Source of the DNA: Candidatus Omnitrophota bacterium
GTDB taxonomy: Bacteria > Ratteibacteria > UBA8468 > B48-G9 > DTJG01
Assembly: GCA_023819255.1 (NCBI GenBank)
Contig: JAMWBU010000005.1
Location: 1,657 to 65,656, forward strand
DNA: 64,000 nt
Reading direction: 5' to 3'
Below, in pieces: positions 20,909 to 30,569 of the stretch (its first letter is position 1; the number at the start of each line of letters is the position of its first letter). The translations under genes were made by a program, and so were the position numbers. Below the pieces are notes generated by a model. It saw nothing but the letters and a program-made list of their open reading frames with translations. It searched no databases and was not told where the DNA came from.

Positions 20909-21319
20909 TTAAAATTTTATTTTTATCGCTCTTACCATACACCCTTTAACACATAACATACAGGTGATACACTTTTCATAGTCAAAAAGAACCTTTCTTG
21001 TTGAGCCGTCATAATAGAAAGCGTTTGTCGGACAGAGTCCAATACATACACCGCAATGTGTACAAATCTTATCGTCCTTGGTAATATCCTGCTTCAACCT
21101 CTGAAGTATGATATTCTGATTTTTCAGTTCTTTCAAAACATGTTTGACAACATTTTCTTCGCCCGTGAAAACAATAACCATTAGCCCCTCTTTCTGAGGA
21201 AGAACCTGCGCCTGCAGGATATTAAATTCTATGTCGTATTTTTTCACAAGATTTGAAATTGTCGGTTTATCAACAAGTTCTCTGGGAAATTTAAGCACCA
21301 CCCTTTCGCTTATCTTCAT
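20909..21319 (-). CDS. NIL-domain 4Fe-4S ferredoxin (MA1822-like partner of COG1900 protein)
   Basis: 136 aa. N-terminal NIL domain (FNILQAQVLP...) followed by two CxxCxxCxxxCP ferredoxin motifs (CTHCGVCIGLCP, CITCMLCVKGC). Confidence 0.7.
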   Translation of the reverse strand: MKISERVVLKFPRELVDKPTISNLVKKYDIEFNILQAQVLPQKEGLMVIVFTGEENVVKHVLKELKNQNIILQRLKQDITKDDKICTHCGVCIGLCPTNAFYYDGSTRKVLFDYEKCITCMLCVKGCMVRAIKIKF

Positions 21320-22521
21320 TGGATTTTCTCCTTTGTTTCAAAACCTTTCATCTTTACTCCTGATTCTTTACCAGGCAGTTTTGCCACAGGGTTGGTAAGT
21401 TCAAAACTTCTCGATGAAATCCAGTTTTTAAGTATCCCGGCAATTTTTCTTGCCATGACAAAGCTTGAGAGCGCGCCGGTTGGAATCGTTCTCTCGCCAA
21501 CCTTGATACTTCCAGAAAAAAGCTCTGCATAGCTTGCTTCTCCAAGAATATCAGGCTTTCTTTCTGGATAACTTTTGCTGTAATCAACAACAGGAGCAAA
21601 CATTTTTTCAGCGGGAATTCCGCACCAGAACGCAACCTTCTCATCCACAACAGGAATAGGTATGCCTATTCCGACAATAAGGGTAACTCCATAACCAACA
21701 AAAGAAGCGCCACGCAAAAATTCTCCATTCATTTGTTTCAAGTCGCCAATAACAGCAAGGGTCCCTGCGGGCCTTTTTGGCACCCCTTCTGAAGTCCTTT
21801 CAACTGATGGATTGTGCTGTGTGCCGTGCCATGCAACATAACCGATACCGCCGCCGAGAAAAATTTTTGTTCCAATCCCGATTGAATAATACTCAGGATC
21901 TCTCAAGAGAGGAGAAAGAACCCCCGCAGAACAGAAATTCGCATTACCAAAGTTTGGCTTCAATATCCCCATATATGTATACAACATCCTGTCTGAAGAA
22001 TTTACAGCAACATTATAATTCTGATAACAATTTCTAGGATTGAATAAGATAGCCTCATTAATGTTTTTCAGCGAAAAATAAGACCTCAATTCTTTTCTGG
22101 GATAACAATCAGTGCCATATGATGTTGCCTCAAGAAGTATACTTCTTCCACTGACGAGCTCTTCAATCACATAACCTCCGCCATAGCTGAATTCGCCTGG
22201 ATAGTAGAGATTTTTTGGATCGTCCGGCGGAATTGCGGTCGCGCCAAGATAGACATCAACCGCTGCAAGCCCTGCGTAGGCAGGCACTCCGTTAAGAAAA
22301 CATGTTCCGCCGCCAATCTTAATTCTTGGAGCGGGGTGTCCAAAATTTAAGTAAATGCTGCTTGAACACATTGGGCCAAATGTTCCTGTTGTCACAACAT
22401 CCACCTCTTTCGCTGCTTTTACTTCGCCTTTTTTTTTCACAACCTCAAGCATCTCTTCAGCGGTGACTATAACTGCCTGTCCCTTTCTTATTTTTTCATT
22501 AATTTCTTCTATTGTTTTCAT
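21316..22521 (-). CDS. COG1900/DUF39 family protein (MA1821-like, sulfide-dependent homocysteine biosynthesis)
   Basis: 401 aa. Characteristic N-terminus (KGQAVIVTAEEM...VDVVTTGTFGPMCSS...) of the DUF39 family. Translationally coupled to the NIL-ferredoxin gene. Confidence 0.65.
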   Translation of the reverse strand: MKTIEEINEKIRKGQAVIVTAEEMLEVVKKKGEVKAAKEVDVVTTGTFGPMCSSSIYLNFGHPAPRIKIGGGTCFLNGVPAYAGLAAVDVYLGATAIPPDDPKNLYYPGEFSYGGGYVIEELVSGRSILLEATSYGTDCYPRKELRSYFSLKNINEAILFNPRNCYQNYNVAVNSSDRMLYTYMGILKPNFGNANFCSAGVLSPLLRDPEYYSIGIGTKIFLGGGIGYVAWHGTQHNPSVERTSEGVPKRPAGTLAVIGDLKQMNGEFLRGASFVGYGVTLIVGIGIPIPVVDEKVAFWCGIPAEKMFAPVVDYSKSYPERKPDILGEASYAELFSGSIKVGERTIPTGALSSFVMARKIAGILKNWISSRSFELTNPVAKLPGKESGVKMKGFETKEKIQ

Positions 22522-22563
22522 AAACTTCCCCTTTTTAACTATGTCTGAAGAAACAAAAAATAC

Positions 22564-22986
22564 TCAGGCTTTTCTCTGGCTATCTAGTTTTCTTTGTTCT
22601 TTAATAAAATCCTCCAGGGTTATGCTTTTTAATACACTGGATATTTTATCATCTAACCTGTCCCATATAATTCTTGCACCACAGAATTTCACTCTCGGGC
22701 ATAATCCTGAATCTTGCAGGCATTCAATCTTGCTTATGCCTTCGAGTGCGCCGATGATATCATATAAAGTAATATCTTTCGGATTTTTCGCAAGGATATA
22801 ACCACCCTTCTTTGCTCTTGTTCTTCTTATAAAACCCTTATTTCTCAAATCGTTGAGAATGTGGTCAAGATATTTCAAAGAAAGATTTTGCCTTTCACTG
22901 ATATGTTTAAGAAGTACCGGCGTACTATTGGTCCCAATTTCAATAAGACCTCTTATTCCATACCTGACGCGGGTTGTTATAAACAT
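22564..22986 (-). CDS. Rrf2 family transcriptional regulator (IscR-like)
   Basis: 140 aa. N-terminal winged HTH (RVRYGIRGLIEI...LKHISERQNLSLKYLDHILNDLRNKGFI) and three C-terminal Cys (CLQDSGLCPRVKFC) for Fe-S binding. First gene of the Fe-S/sulfur operon. Confidence 0.8.
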   Translation of the reverse strand: MFITTRVRYGIRGLIEIGTNSTPVLLKHISERQNLSLKYLDHILNDLRNKGFIRRTRAKKGGYILAKNPKDITLYDIIGALEGISKIECLQDSGLCPRVKFCGARIIWDRLDDKISSVLKSITLEDFIKEQRKLDSQRKA

Positions 22987-23147
22987 TTTCTATTGCCTTT
23001 TTCTACTTATTCTATACCATTTATATTATAAAAGAATTCAAAACCGATGTCAAGCGACAGTTTTTTCATAAGAGATTTATGGTGATTGCATGCTTTTGAC
23101 TTTTATGAAAAACAGGTATATTCTTTTTTCTCAAAAAGGGGGAAAAA

Positions 23148-23987
23148 ATGGAGATTGGTTTTTTGACAGCTCCGTTTCTGAAGGAAAGTCTTGAATATGT
23201 TTTGCAATTTGCGTCTGAGAATGGATTTACAAAGGTTGAAATTTTCTCTGTGCCTGGTGCAGGCCATATCGTGCCGGAAGAGGTCCTTGCGGATGGCTGT
23301 AAAAAACTCAATGATCTTTTTAATCTCTATGGGGTCAGACCATCAAGCTATGCCTGTTATGCGAATATCCTTGACCCGGATACTAAACGCAGGCAACAGA
23401 TAATAAAGCATCTTGAAAATTTAGTCCTTGTTGCAGAAATGACCGGGGTTGATATAATCTGCACGAATGCTGGCATGCCTTTGCCAGAAAAAACAAAGAT
23501 GCAAACAATTGAACAGGATGTCGCGCCTTATTTTAAACAAATTTGTTCTTTTGCCGCTAAACACATGGTAAAAATAGCGCTTGAGAACTGGTTTGCCACA
23601 AATATCCAGCATCTCGAACACTGGAAAAAACTTTTTGAGCTGGTGCCTTACCCAAACCTTGGACTCAATTTTGACCCTTCGCATCTTGTCCATCAGGGAA
23701 TTGATTACCTTGCGGCAGTGGATGAATTTGCGACACGTATCTTCCATACGCATGCCAAGGACTGTGAAATCAACCAGCATCTGCTTAAAAGGATTGGCAA
23801 TCAGGAAAAAGGATGGTGGAGATATGTAATTCCGGGTTATGGCAGGATTCAATGGGGTAGATATATTTCAAAACTCAGAAAAATTGGATACAATGGGGTT
23901 CTCAGCATTGAGCACGAAGACAGTACACTTGGAAGAGAGGAAGGCTTCATAGTGGGCAAAAAATATCTATCTCAGTTTATTGTGTGA
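23148..23987 (+). CDS. Sugar phosphate isomerase/epimerase (xylose isomerase-like TIM barrel)
   Basis: 279 aa. Pattern EIFSVPG...IALENWF...HTHAKD...SIEHED typical of AP-endonuclease 2/xylose isomerase-like TIM barrels. Confidence 0.65.
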   Translation: MEIGFLTAPFLKESLEYVLQFASENGFTKVEIFSVPGAGHIVPEEVLADGCKKLNDLFNLYGVRPSSYACYANILDPDTKRRQQIIKHLENLVLVAEMTGVDIICTNAGMPLPEKTKMQTIEQDVAPYFKQICSFAAKHMVKIALENWFATNIQHLEHWKKLFELVPYPNLGLNFDPSHLVHQGIDYLAAVDEFATRIFHTHAKDCEINQHLLKRIGNQEKGWWRYVIPGYGRIQWGRYISKLRKIGYNGVLSIEHEDSTLGREEGFIVGKKYLSQFIV

Positions 23988-24025
23988 ATTTGTAAAATAG
24001 CGCCAAGTGATTTAAAATAAATTAA

Positions 24026-25318
24026 ATGGAAATACTTATTAAAAACATTCGTGTGATAGATCCCTATTGCAAGATTGACAGCATAAGAGATGTTTTGATC
24101 TCAGGAGCCAGTTTTTCACAAATCTCTAAAAGCATCCACAAAAAAAACCCAAAGACAATCGATGGAACAGGCTTGTGGCTTATTCCCGGACTTATTGATA
24201 TGCACTGCCACCTTCGTGAACCAGGCAATGAAGGGGAAGAAACAATTCTGTCCGGAAGCATCTCTGCTGCCGCTGGCGGTTTCACAACAATATGCTGCAT
24301 GGCAAACACTGACCCTCCCGTAGACAACAAGGTTGTTGCGGGATATATATTTGAAAAAGCAAAAAATGCACCTATCAAGGTTCTGCCCTATGGAACAATC
24401 ACTGCGGGAAGAAAAGGCACATCCCTTTCGCCCATGGGAGAATTATCTGAAGCAGGTGTCATTGGATTTTCTGATGATGGAAACTGCGTAATGGATAGCC
24501 TGATATTCAGAAGGGCCCTTGAATACAGCAAGCCATGGGGAAAAATTGTTATATCCCACAGCGAAGACCAGATTCTCGCGAAAAATGGGGTGATGAATGA
24601 AGGCATTCTATCTACAAAACTGGGACTAAGAGGTATTCCTGCAGAGGCAGAACACATAATGGTTTACAGGGACATATCTCTTGCTAAATTGACAGGCGCG
24701 AAACTTCATCTTGCGCACCTGACAACAAAAAAGTCGCTTGATCTTGTCAGGGAGGCAAAAAAGGAATTCAAAAATATCACATGCGAGGTCGCGGTTCACC
24801 ATCTCGTACTGACTGAAGACGCTCTTTCAAATTATGACGCAAATGCAAAGGTCAACCCACCCCTGAGAACACAGCAAGATATTAGAGCGCTTGTGAAAGG
24901 AATTAAGGAAAATATTATTGATGCTATCGTAACAGACCATGCCCCTCACTCAGAAGAAGAAAAAGGTTCAGGCATCGAAAACGCGCCTTTTGGAATGATT
25001 GGATTTGAAACTGCACTACCTCTTGCAATGTCACTTGTTAAATACGGATTGAAACCAATTCAAATCATTGAAAAATTGACAATTGGCCCTGCAAGAGTGC
25101 TGAAAATTCAGCCCGGTACAATAACTCAAGGGGCAGAGGCAAACTGCGTGATATTCGACCCGGAAAAAGAATGGGTTGTGACAAAGGACAATATTCTTTC
25201 ACAAAGCAAAAATACTCCCTTCCTTAACAAAAAGATTAAGGGCAAGGTCCTGTACACATTCCATCGCGGAAATATCGTTTATTCTGACAAATCAATGTCG
25301 CAGAATAAGGGGTGTTAA
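24026..25318 (+). CDS. pyrC: Dihydroorotase-like cyclic amidohydrolase
   Basis: 430 aa. DMHCHLREPG metal-binding motif, downstream His/Asp ligands (HLAHL, DHAPH), and type-I DHOase length. Confidence 0.7.
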   Translation: MEILIKNIRVIDPYCKIDSIRDVLISGASFSQISKSIHKKNPKTIDGTGLWLIPGLIDMHCHLREPGNEGEETILSGSISAAAGGFTTICCMANTDPPVDNKVVAGYIFEKAKNAPIKVLPYGTITAGRKGTSLSPMGELSEAGVIGFSDDGNCVMDSLIFRRALEYSKPWGKIVISHSEDQILAKNGVMNEGILSTKLGLRGIPAEAEHIMVYRDISLAKLTGAKLHLAHLTTKKSLDLVREAKKEFKNITCEVAVHHLVLTEDALSNYDANAKVNPPLRTQQDIRALVKGIKENIIDAIVTDHAPHSEEEKGSGIENAPFGMIGFETALPLAMSLVKYGLKPIQIIEKLTIGPARVLKIQPGTITQGAEANCVIFDPEKEWVVTKDNILSQSKNTPFLNKKIKGKVLYTFHRGNIVYSDKSMSQNKGC

Positions 25319-26739
25319 TGAACATTATCATCATTGTCTCTGATACGCTGAGACGAGACCATCTTGGGTGTTATGGCAATGGCTGGATTTCAACACCAAA
25401 TATCGACAAATTTTCAAGAATTTCTCTAACCTTTGAAAACACTTACATTGGCTCATTCCCGACTGTTCCAAATAGAAGGGACCTGTTTACAGGAAGATTT
25501 ACTTTTACATACACAGACTGGTCGCCGCTGACCGCTGAAGAGGTAGTTATTTCGGAAATTCTTGAAAAACAGGGATACCTGTCAATGTTTATCGCTGATA
25601 CTCCGCACACGACAGCTCCTGGTTATAATTATCAGAGAGGATTTTCTGCGTGGTTAAAAATCAGAGGCCAGGAAGGAGACCCGATTACAACCGACCCTGT
25701 TGATATTAAGCTGCCATGCGCTCCCCATAAATTAAGAAACCCTGAAAGAGTTAAACAGATGCTGCGAAACAATCTTCTTCGAAAATCAGAAGAGGATTAT
25801 TTCTGCGCACAGACAATGCGGCAGGCGTGTATGTGGCTTGAAAAAAACTACAGGGAAAAATTTTTTCTTTATGTTGATACCTTTGACCCGCATGAACCAT
25901 GGGATCCACCGCATTATTATGTAGACATGTATGATAGGAACTACGATGGAGAGGAAGTTATCTATCCTGTCTATGGTCCATGCGATTATCTTACAAAAAG
26001 AGAAATCAAGCATATCAGGGCACACTACGCCGGAGAGGTCACGCTTGTTGACAGATGGGTGGGTCGCTTATTCCAGAAAATTGAAGATCTCGATCTGCTT
26101 AACAACACAATCATTGTGTTTACAACCGATCACGGCTTTTATCACGGCGAACATCACCTTATGGGAAAAAGCATTATCACAGAAAAATACCAGGGGCTTG
26201 CTCCACTGTATGAAGAGGTAACTCAGATTCCCCTTATTATGTACATACCAAAAACTAAGAGCAGAAAAATAAAGGGGCTTGTGCAGATTCCTGATATTAC
26301 CGCAACAATTCTTGACCTGGTGAAGGCAAAACACGATGTAAGAATGGATGGAAAGTCCCTACTTCCCCTGATAGAGAAAAACAAGAAGATAAGAAATTTT
26401 GCGGTAAGCGCGCCTTCAATCATTTATGGTTCAACAGGAGGTCAAAAAGTGACGATCACAACTGACGACGGCTGGACACTGATTTCCGGACTGAAAATAA
26501 GTGAAACAAAAGAATACATCACAAGAATCGTTGATGGACAGGTGCGAATACAAAAACCTTTGAGCAGAAATCTTGAACCAGAACTTTATTACCTGCCTCA
26601 CGACCCATCGCAAAACAAGAATATTTTTTCAAAAAATAAGGAAAAGGCGAAACAGATCCATGCGAAATTTGTTGAGTTTCTCAAAGATACAAAAACAGAT
26701 GAAAAAATTGTCACGATGTGGTCTGATTTCGAAATTTAG
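25312..26739 (+). CDS. Sulfatase-like hydrolase (alkaline phosphatase superfamily)
   Basis: 475 aa. N-terminal IIIVSDTLRRDHLGCYGN and C-terminal TTDHGFYHGEHH are sulfatase-like. The formylglycine-motif position reads S-F-P-T-V-P-N-R-R (non-canonical, possibly Ser-type). Overlaps the pyrC stop by 7 nt. Confidence 0.55.
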   Translation: MLMNIIIIVSDTLRRDHLGCYGNGWISTPNIDKFSRISLTFENTYIGSFPTVPNRRDLFTGRFTFTYTDWSPLTAEEVVISEILEKQGYLSMFIADTPHTTAPGYNYQRGFSAWLKIRGQEGDPITTDPVDIKLPCAPHKLRNPERVKQMLRNNLLRKSEEDYFCAQTMRQACMWLEKNYREKFFLYVDTFDPHEPWDPPHYYVDMYDRNYDGEEVIYPVYGPCDYLTKREIKHIRAHYAGEVTLVDRWVGRLFQKIEDLDLLNNTIIVFTTDHGFYHGEHHLMGKSIITEKYQGLAPLYEEVTQIPLIMYIPKTKSRKIKGLVQIPDITATILDLVKAKHDVRMDGKSLLPLIEKNKKIRNFAVSAPSIIYGSTGGQKVTITTDDGWTLISGLKISETKEYITRIVDGQVRIQKPLSRNLEPELYYLPHDPSQNKNIFSKNKEKAKQIHAKFVEFLKDTKTDEKIVTMWSDFEI

Positions 26740-26816
26740 CAGCATCTGATTTCACCGCAAAAAAGCCTCCTTAAATCCAGGCCGGCTAAAATTTTTCTAT
26801 AATCAGTCCGGGGGAC

Positions 26817-26845
26817 TTGACATATGGTAGCACGTATTTTATAAT
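26817..26845 (+). promoter_or_regulatory. Consensus sigma70-type promoter (TTGACA-N17-TATAAT) upstream of the DUF1559 prepilin gene
   Basis: TTGACA at 26817-26822, exact 17-nt spacer, TATAAT at 26840-26845, then RBS AAGGAGG at 26858-26864 and ATG at 26869. Confidence 0.5.
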
Positions 26846-26868
26846 TGTAACACCAAAAAGGAGGCACC

Positions 26869-27579
26869 ATGAAAAAAGGATTTACTTTAATTGAGATGCT
26901 TGTGGTGATAGCGATTATCTCTATTCTTGCGGCAATGCTTTTACCTGCGCTTTCTAAGGCAAGGGAAAAGGCAAGACAGGCTGTTTGTATGAGTAACTTC
27001 AAGCAGATTGGCATTGCGATGGAATTGTACGCAAATGACTATGACGAATTTTATCCTGTAAACCCGTACTGGAAGACACGACTCTGGGTTTATGTTTCCC
27101 CTGAAATGAGAAACAGAATTTCGCAGTGTCCTTCAAGACACGGAAAGACAATATCTCCTGATAACTGGTATATTGGTCAGGGTTATAACATCGGCAGCGG
27201 AATATTCCCAGGCTTTATGGGACAAAAACGAAGCCGCATAGTAAATCCTTCTGAAAAAATTATGGTTCTTGACTGGGGAAGAGAAAAAGATGGAAAAGGC
27301 GGATGCAATGCTGGAGCGCCTTACAGCGATATAGGGGTTTTGAGCGTGGATACTTCCGGTGCATTTAATGTTGCCGGCACAAGCCACTGGGCAGTATGCA
27401 GAATCCATTCAGGCGGCGCCAACATTCTTTTCGGAGATGGGCATGTTGGCTGGATGAAACCAGAACAATTTCACAGTGATGTTAAGGATGTTGACGATAA
27501 CGGAAGCCCGATTCCAGCAACTCCAAACATTGCCGCTGAATGGAGAAAATACTGGGACACAGAATACGCCAGCAACTAA
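26869..27579 (+). CDS. Prepilin-type N-terminal cleavage/methylation domain protein, DUF1559 (H-X9-DG) family
   Basis: 236 aa. [37 protein letters not shown] leader plus helix. C-terminal [16 protein letters not shown] is the H-X9-DG signature of PVC DUF1559 proteins. Confidence 0.75.
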   Translation: MKKGFTLIEMLVVIAIISILAAMLLPALSKAREKARQAVCMSNFKQIGIAMELYANDYDEFYPVNPYWKTRLWVYVSPEMRNRISQCPSRHGKTISPDNWYIGQGYNIGSGIFPGFMGQKRSRIVNPSEKIMVLDWGREKDGKGGCNAGAPYSDIGVLSVDTSGAFNVAGTSHWAVCRIHSGGANILFGDGHVGWMKPEQFHSDVKDVDDNGSPIPATPNIAAEWRKYWDTEYASN

Positions 27580-27590
27580 CAGAGCATAAA

Positions 27591-28403
27591 ATGAAAAGAA
27601 TTTCTGCTCTTTTACTATTTACTTTTTCATTTTGCTTTGCCGCAAGTATTGAGGTAGTTTCAACAACATCGCAAATTGCAGCGGTTGTTAGCGAAATCGG
27701 CAAAGACTGTGTAAATATCGCTGTGTTAATTCCGCCAGGAATATGCCCGGGACACTACGAAATAAAACCAAATGACATAAAGAAACTGTGGAATGGCGGA
27801 GTGCTTTTTTACCATGGGTGGGAAGGATTCATTGATGATATCTCAAAATCAGTGCCAGGCGCCGGTTCAAGAATGTTCAAAATAGATGTTTCTGGAAGCT
27901 GGCTTGTGCCTGAAATTCAGATTAAGGCAGCTGAAAAAATTGCTGATGTTTTGAGAAATATTGATCCTGAACGCAAAAAGTTTTATGAAACAAATCTCGA
28001 ATTTTATAAAAATCAGATGAAAGAGCTTGACAGAAAAATTAAAAATTTTGTCTACGAAAACAATCTTATCGGGATAAAAGTAGTTTGTTCTGAAATGCAA
28101 AAATATTTTCTGAAATATCTGAAATTTGATGTTATTGATTGCTTTGGCAGGGATGAAGAAATAACTCCAGGAGAAATAGCGCGATTGATCGACAGTATAA
28201 AAAATCATAAGGTCAAAATTATTGTAAGCAATTTGCAAAGCGGCACCTCAACCGGAGAGATGCTCGCAAAAAGAACTTCCGTCCCACATGTCATTATCAG
28301 CAATTTTCCTGGCGGATTTGAAAACACTAAAACCATTGAAGCCACCATTATGAAAAATATCAACCTATTGAAAACTGCTGCGTACAATAATACAAACAGA
28401 TGA
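27591..28403 (+). CDS. Metal ABC transporter substrate-binding protein (ZnuA/TroA family)
   Basis: Start chosen at MKRISALLLFTFSFCFA (signal peptide) rather than the ORF-track ATG at 27540. TroA-like fold pattern with His residues (PGICPGHYE). Confidence 0.65.
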   Translation: MKRISALLLFTFSFCFAASIEVVSTTSQIAAVVSEIGKDCVNIAVLIPPGICPGHYEIKPNDIKKLWNGGVLFYHGWEGFIDDISKSVPGAGSRMFKIDVSGSWLVPEIQIKAAEKIADVLRNIDPERKKFYETNLEFYKNQMKELDRKIKNFVYENNLIGIKVVCSEMQKYFLKYLKFDVIDCFGRDEEITPGEIARLIDSIKNHKVKIIVSNLQSGTSTGEMLAKRTSVPHVIISNFPGGFENTKTIEATIMKNINLLKTAAYNNTNR

Positions 28404-29092
28404 AAAACCTTGTCCTTGAAAATGTAACTGTGGAAAGAAACCACAGAATTGTTCTCGATGGCATCAACCTTTCTGTACAGGCAGGCGAAAGTATTGGAAT
28501 CTTTGGCCCAAATGGCGCAGGAAAAACAACTCTCCTGAACCTTATCAACGGTCTGATAAATTATAAGACAGGTAAGATTCTTGTCGGGGATGTAATTGTA
28601 AATCCTGCCAGTTCTAGAAAAATACAGCTCATCACGGGTTATGTTCCTCAAAATTTTGAAACTGATCCTAGAATACCTGTATTGACCGGAACAGTCGTAT
28701 TGTCCGGTTGTTACGGAAAACTCGGACTTTTTCGTTATCCAGATTCCTTATTGATAGAAAAAGCAAAAAAAATTATGAATCAACTTGAAATAACACACCT
28801 ATTTATGAGGCCTTTTGGACAGATATCGGGCGGAGAAAGACAGAAGGCAATGATAGCGCGCGCTTTGATGCAGGAACCAGAAATCCTTCTTCTCGACGAA
28901 CCATTTTCATCTATTTCTGAGCGCTCAAAAGAAACAATTTCAGATATTATTAAAAGATGGCAAGAAGAAAGAGGTTCCACAATGCTGATTGTGTCTCACG
29001 AAAGCACTGTTATCGAAAAAATGTGTGACCGCGTGGTCTATCTGGAGGAAGGGCAGATCGTTTTGAAGGAAAAAATCTATGGACGTTTATAG
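28400..29092 (+). CDS. Metal ABC transporter ATP-binding protein
   Basis: 230 aa. Walker A GPNGAGKTT, ABC signature SGGERQ, Walker B LLLDEP. Confidence 0.8.
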   Translation: MKNLVLENVTVERNHRIVLDGINLSVQAGESIGIFGPNGAGKTTLLNLINGLINYKTGKILVGDVIVNPASSRKIQLITGYVPQNFETDPRIPVLTGTVVLSGCYGKLGLFRYPDSLLIEKAKKIMNQLEITHLFMRPFGQISGGERQKAMIARALMQEPEILLLDEPFSSISERSKETISDIIKRWQEERGSTMLIVSHESTVIEKMCDRVVYLEEGQIVLKEKIYGRL

Positions 29093-29885
29093 TTTTATGT
29101 TTTATTCTTGGGCCGGAGCAATTCTTACCGGCCTGACCTGTTCTTTGATAGGAGTCATGATTGTTACAATGGGTATTTCATTCATAGGTGTTTGTATGTC
29201 CCATGCTGCGTTTGCAGGAGCCCTTGCGGGGATTATAATGCGCATAAACCCTGTGTTTTCAGCTTTTATTTTCTGTTTCATCGTTGCAGCAATTTTAGGG
29301 CCTGTTTCTGATAGAGGAGAAATTAAGGCAGATACAACACTCGGAATCATTTTTACCTCGTCTCTTGGTCTGTCATTTCTTCTTCTTCCAATGATACCCG
29401 GATCAAAAAGCGAGGGCCTCAGGTTTTTATGGGGAAACATCCTCACAGTCAGCGATACAGACCTTATGATAGTGGGAATTGTTTGTGTCCTTGTGCTTAT
29501 CTCTGTCATTGCATTTTTTAAGGAGATTCAGCTTCTAATATTCAATAGAATCATAGCCGCTTCCACTGGAATTCCTGCTAAACAGATATACTATCTGGTT
29601 CTTTTTTTATGTGGAGCAGCCATCACGGCATCCATAAAGGCTGTTGGAGGACTGCTTGTGTTTGCCCTGATAGTCAATCCGGCTGCAGCAGCATATCAAA
29701 TTACATACGATTTGAAGAAACTTTTTTTGTTATCATCGATTTTCGGAATAGCTTCAGGTTGTCTTGGTCTGTTTTCTGCATTCTTGTTCAATATCCCGGC
29801 CGGAGCGCCCATAGCACTATGTTCTGTTTTAATATTTATCACAGCAACAATTTTTTCTCCTAAGAGAAGATTTCATGCAAGATAA
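29079..29885 (+). CDS. Metal ABC transporter permease (ZnuB/TroCD-like)
   Basis: 268 aa, about 8 TM helices, ABC-3 family pattern. Operon with the SBP and ATPase. Confidence 0.7.
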   Translation: MDVYSFMFYSWAGAILTGLTCSLIGVMIVTMGISFIGVCMSHAAFAGALAGIIMRINPVFSAFIFCFIVAAILGPVSDRGEIKADTTLGIIFTSSLGLSFLLLPMIPGSKSEGLRFLWGNILTVSDTDLMIVGIVCVLVLISVIAFFKEIQLLIFNRIIAASTGIPAKQIYYLVLFLCGAAITASIKAVGGLLVFALIVNPAAAAYQITYDLKKLFLLSSIFGIASGCLGLFSAFLFNIPAGAPIALCSVLIFITATIFSPKRRFHAR

Positions 29886-30465
29886 AAGAATTGGGTTTTT
29901 TGACAAACTTGCCAAAAACTGGGACAGCAATCAAGATGAGGTGAGCCTTAAAAGAGTTATTGATGAAACAAATATTAAAAAGGGCTCAGCGGTTTGCGAC
30001 GTTGGCACAGGCACTGGGGTTCTTTTGCCGTATATTGTTGAAAAGGTAGAAGAAACCGGTAAGGTAATTGCTATTGACTATTCTTCCGAAATGATAAAAA
30101 AGGCAAAAGAGGAATGGGGAAAATTAGCAGTTGAGTTTGTTGTTGCTGATATCCACAATACAGGTTTTCCTGACAGCTGCTTTGATTATGTCATCTGTAA
30201 TGCCTGCTTTCCCCATTTTGAAAAAAAGAAGATCGCCCTTAAAGAGATTCATCGAATCTTGAAAAAGGGTGGAACAATTGTTATTTCTCATCCGAGAGGA
30301 AGAGAATTTGTTAATAAACTACATAGAGAAGCATGCGAATGCATTAAAAGAGACAGAGTTTTTGAGGCAGATATTCTTGCCAAACTTTTGAAACAGCAAA
30401 ATTTCACTCCTTTAAAAACCATTGACGAGCCTAATTTCTATTTTGTCTCAGCAGTAAAATCATAA
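29875..30465 (+). CDS. Class I SAM-dependent methyltransferase
   Basis: 196 aa. Motif I VCDVGTGTGVL and post-I acidic residue (AIDYS). Confidence 0.65.
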   Translation: MQDKRIGFFDKLAKNWDSNQDEVSLKRVIDETNIKKGSAVCDVGTGTGVLLPYIVEKVEETGKVIAIDYSSEMIKKAKEEWGKLAVEFVVADIHNTGFPDSCFDYVICNACFPHFEKKKIALKEIHRILKKGGTIVISHPRGREFVNKLHREACECIKRDRVFEADILAKLLKQQNFTPLKTIDEPNFYFVSAVKS

Positions 30466-30569
30466 CTTTCAATTTCATAACCCTTAAAACCAATGTGTTA
30501 TAATTAACATTGAACTGTTTTTAAAAGACCCTTATAAACCGGTTGAGAATTTTTTGATGGAGGCAGAAA

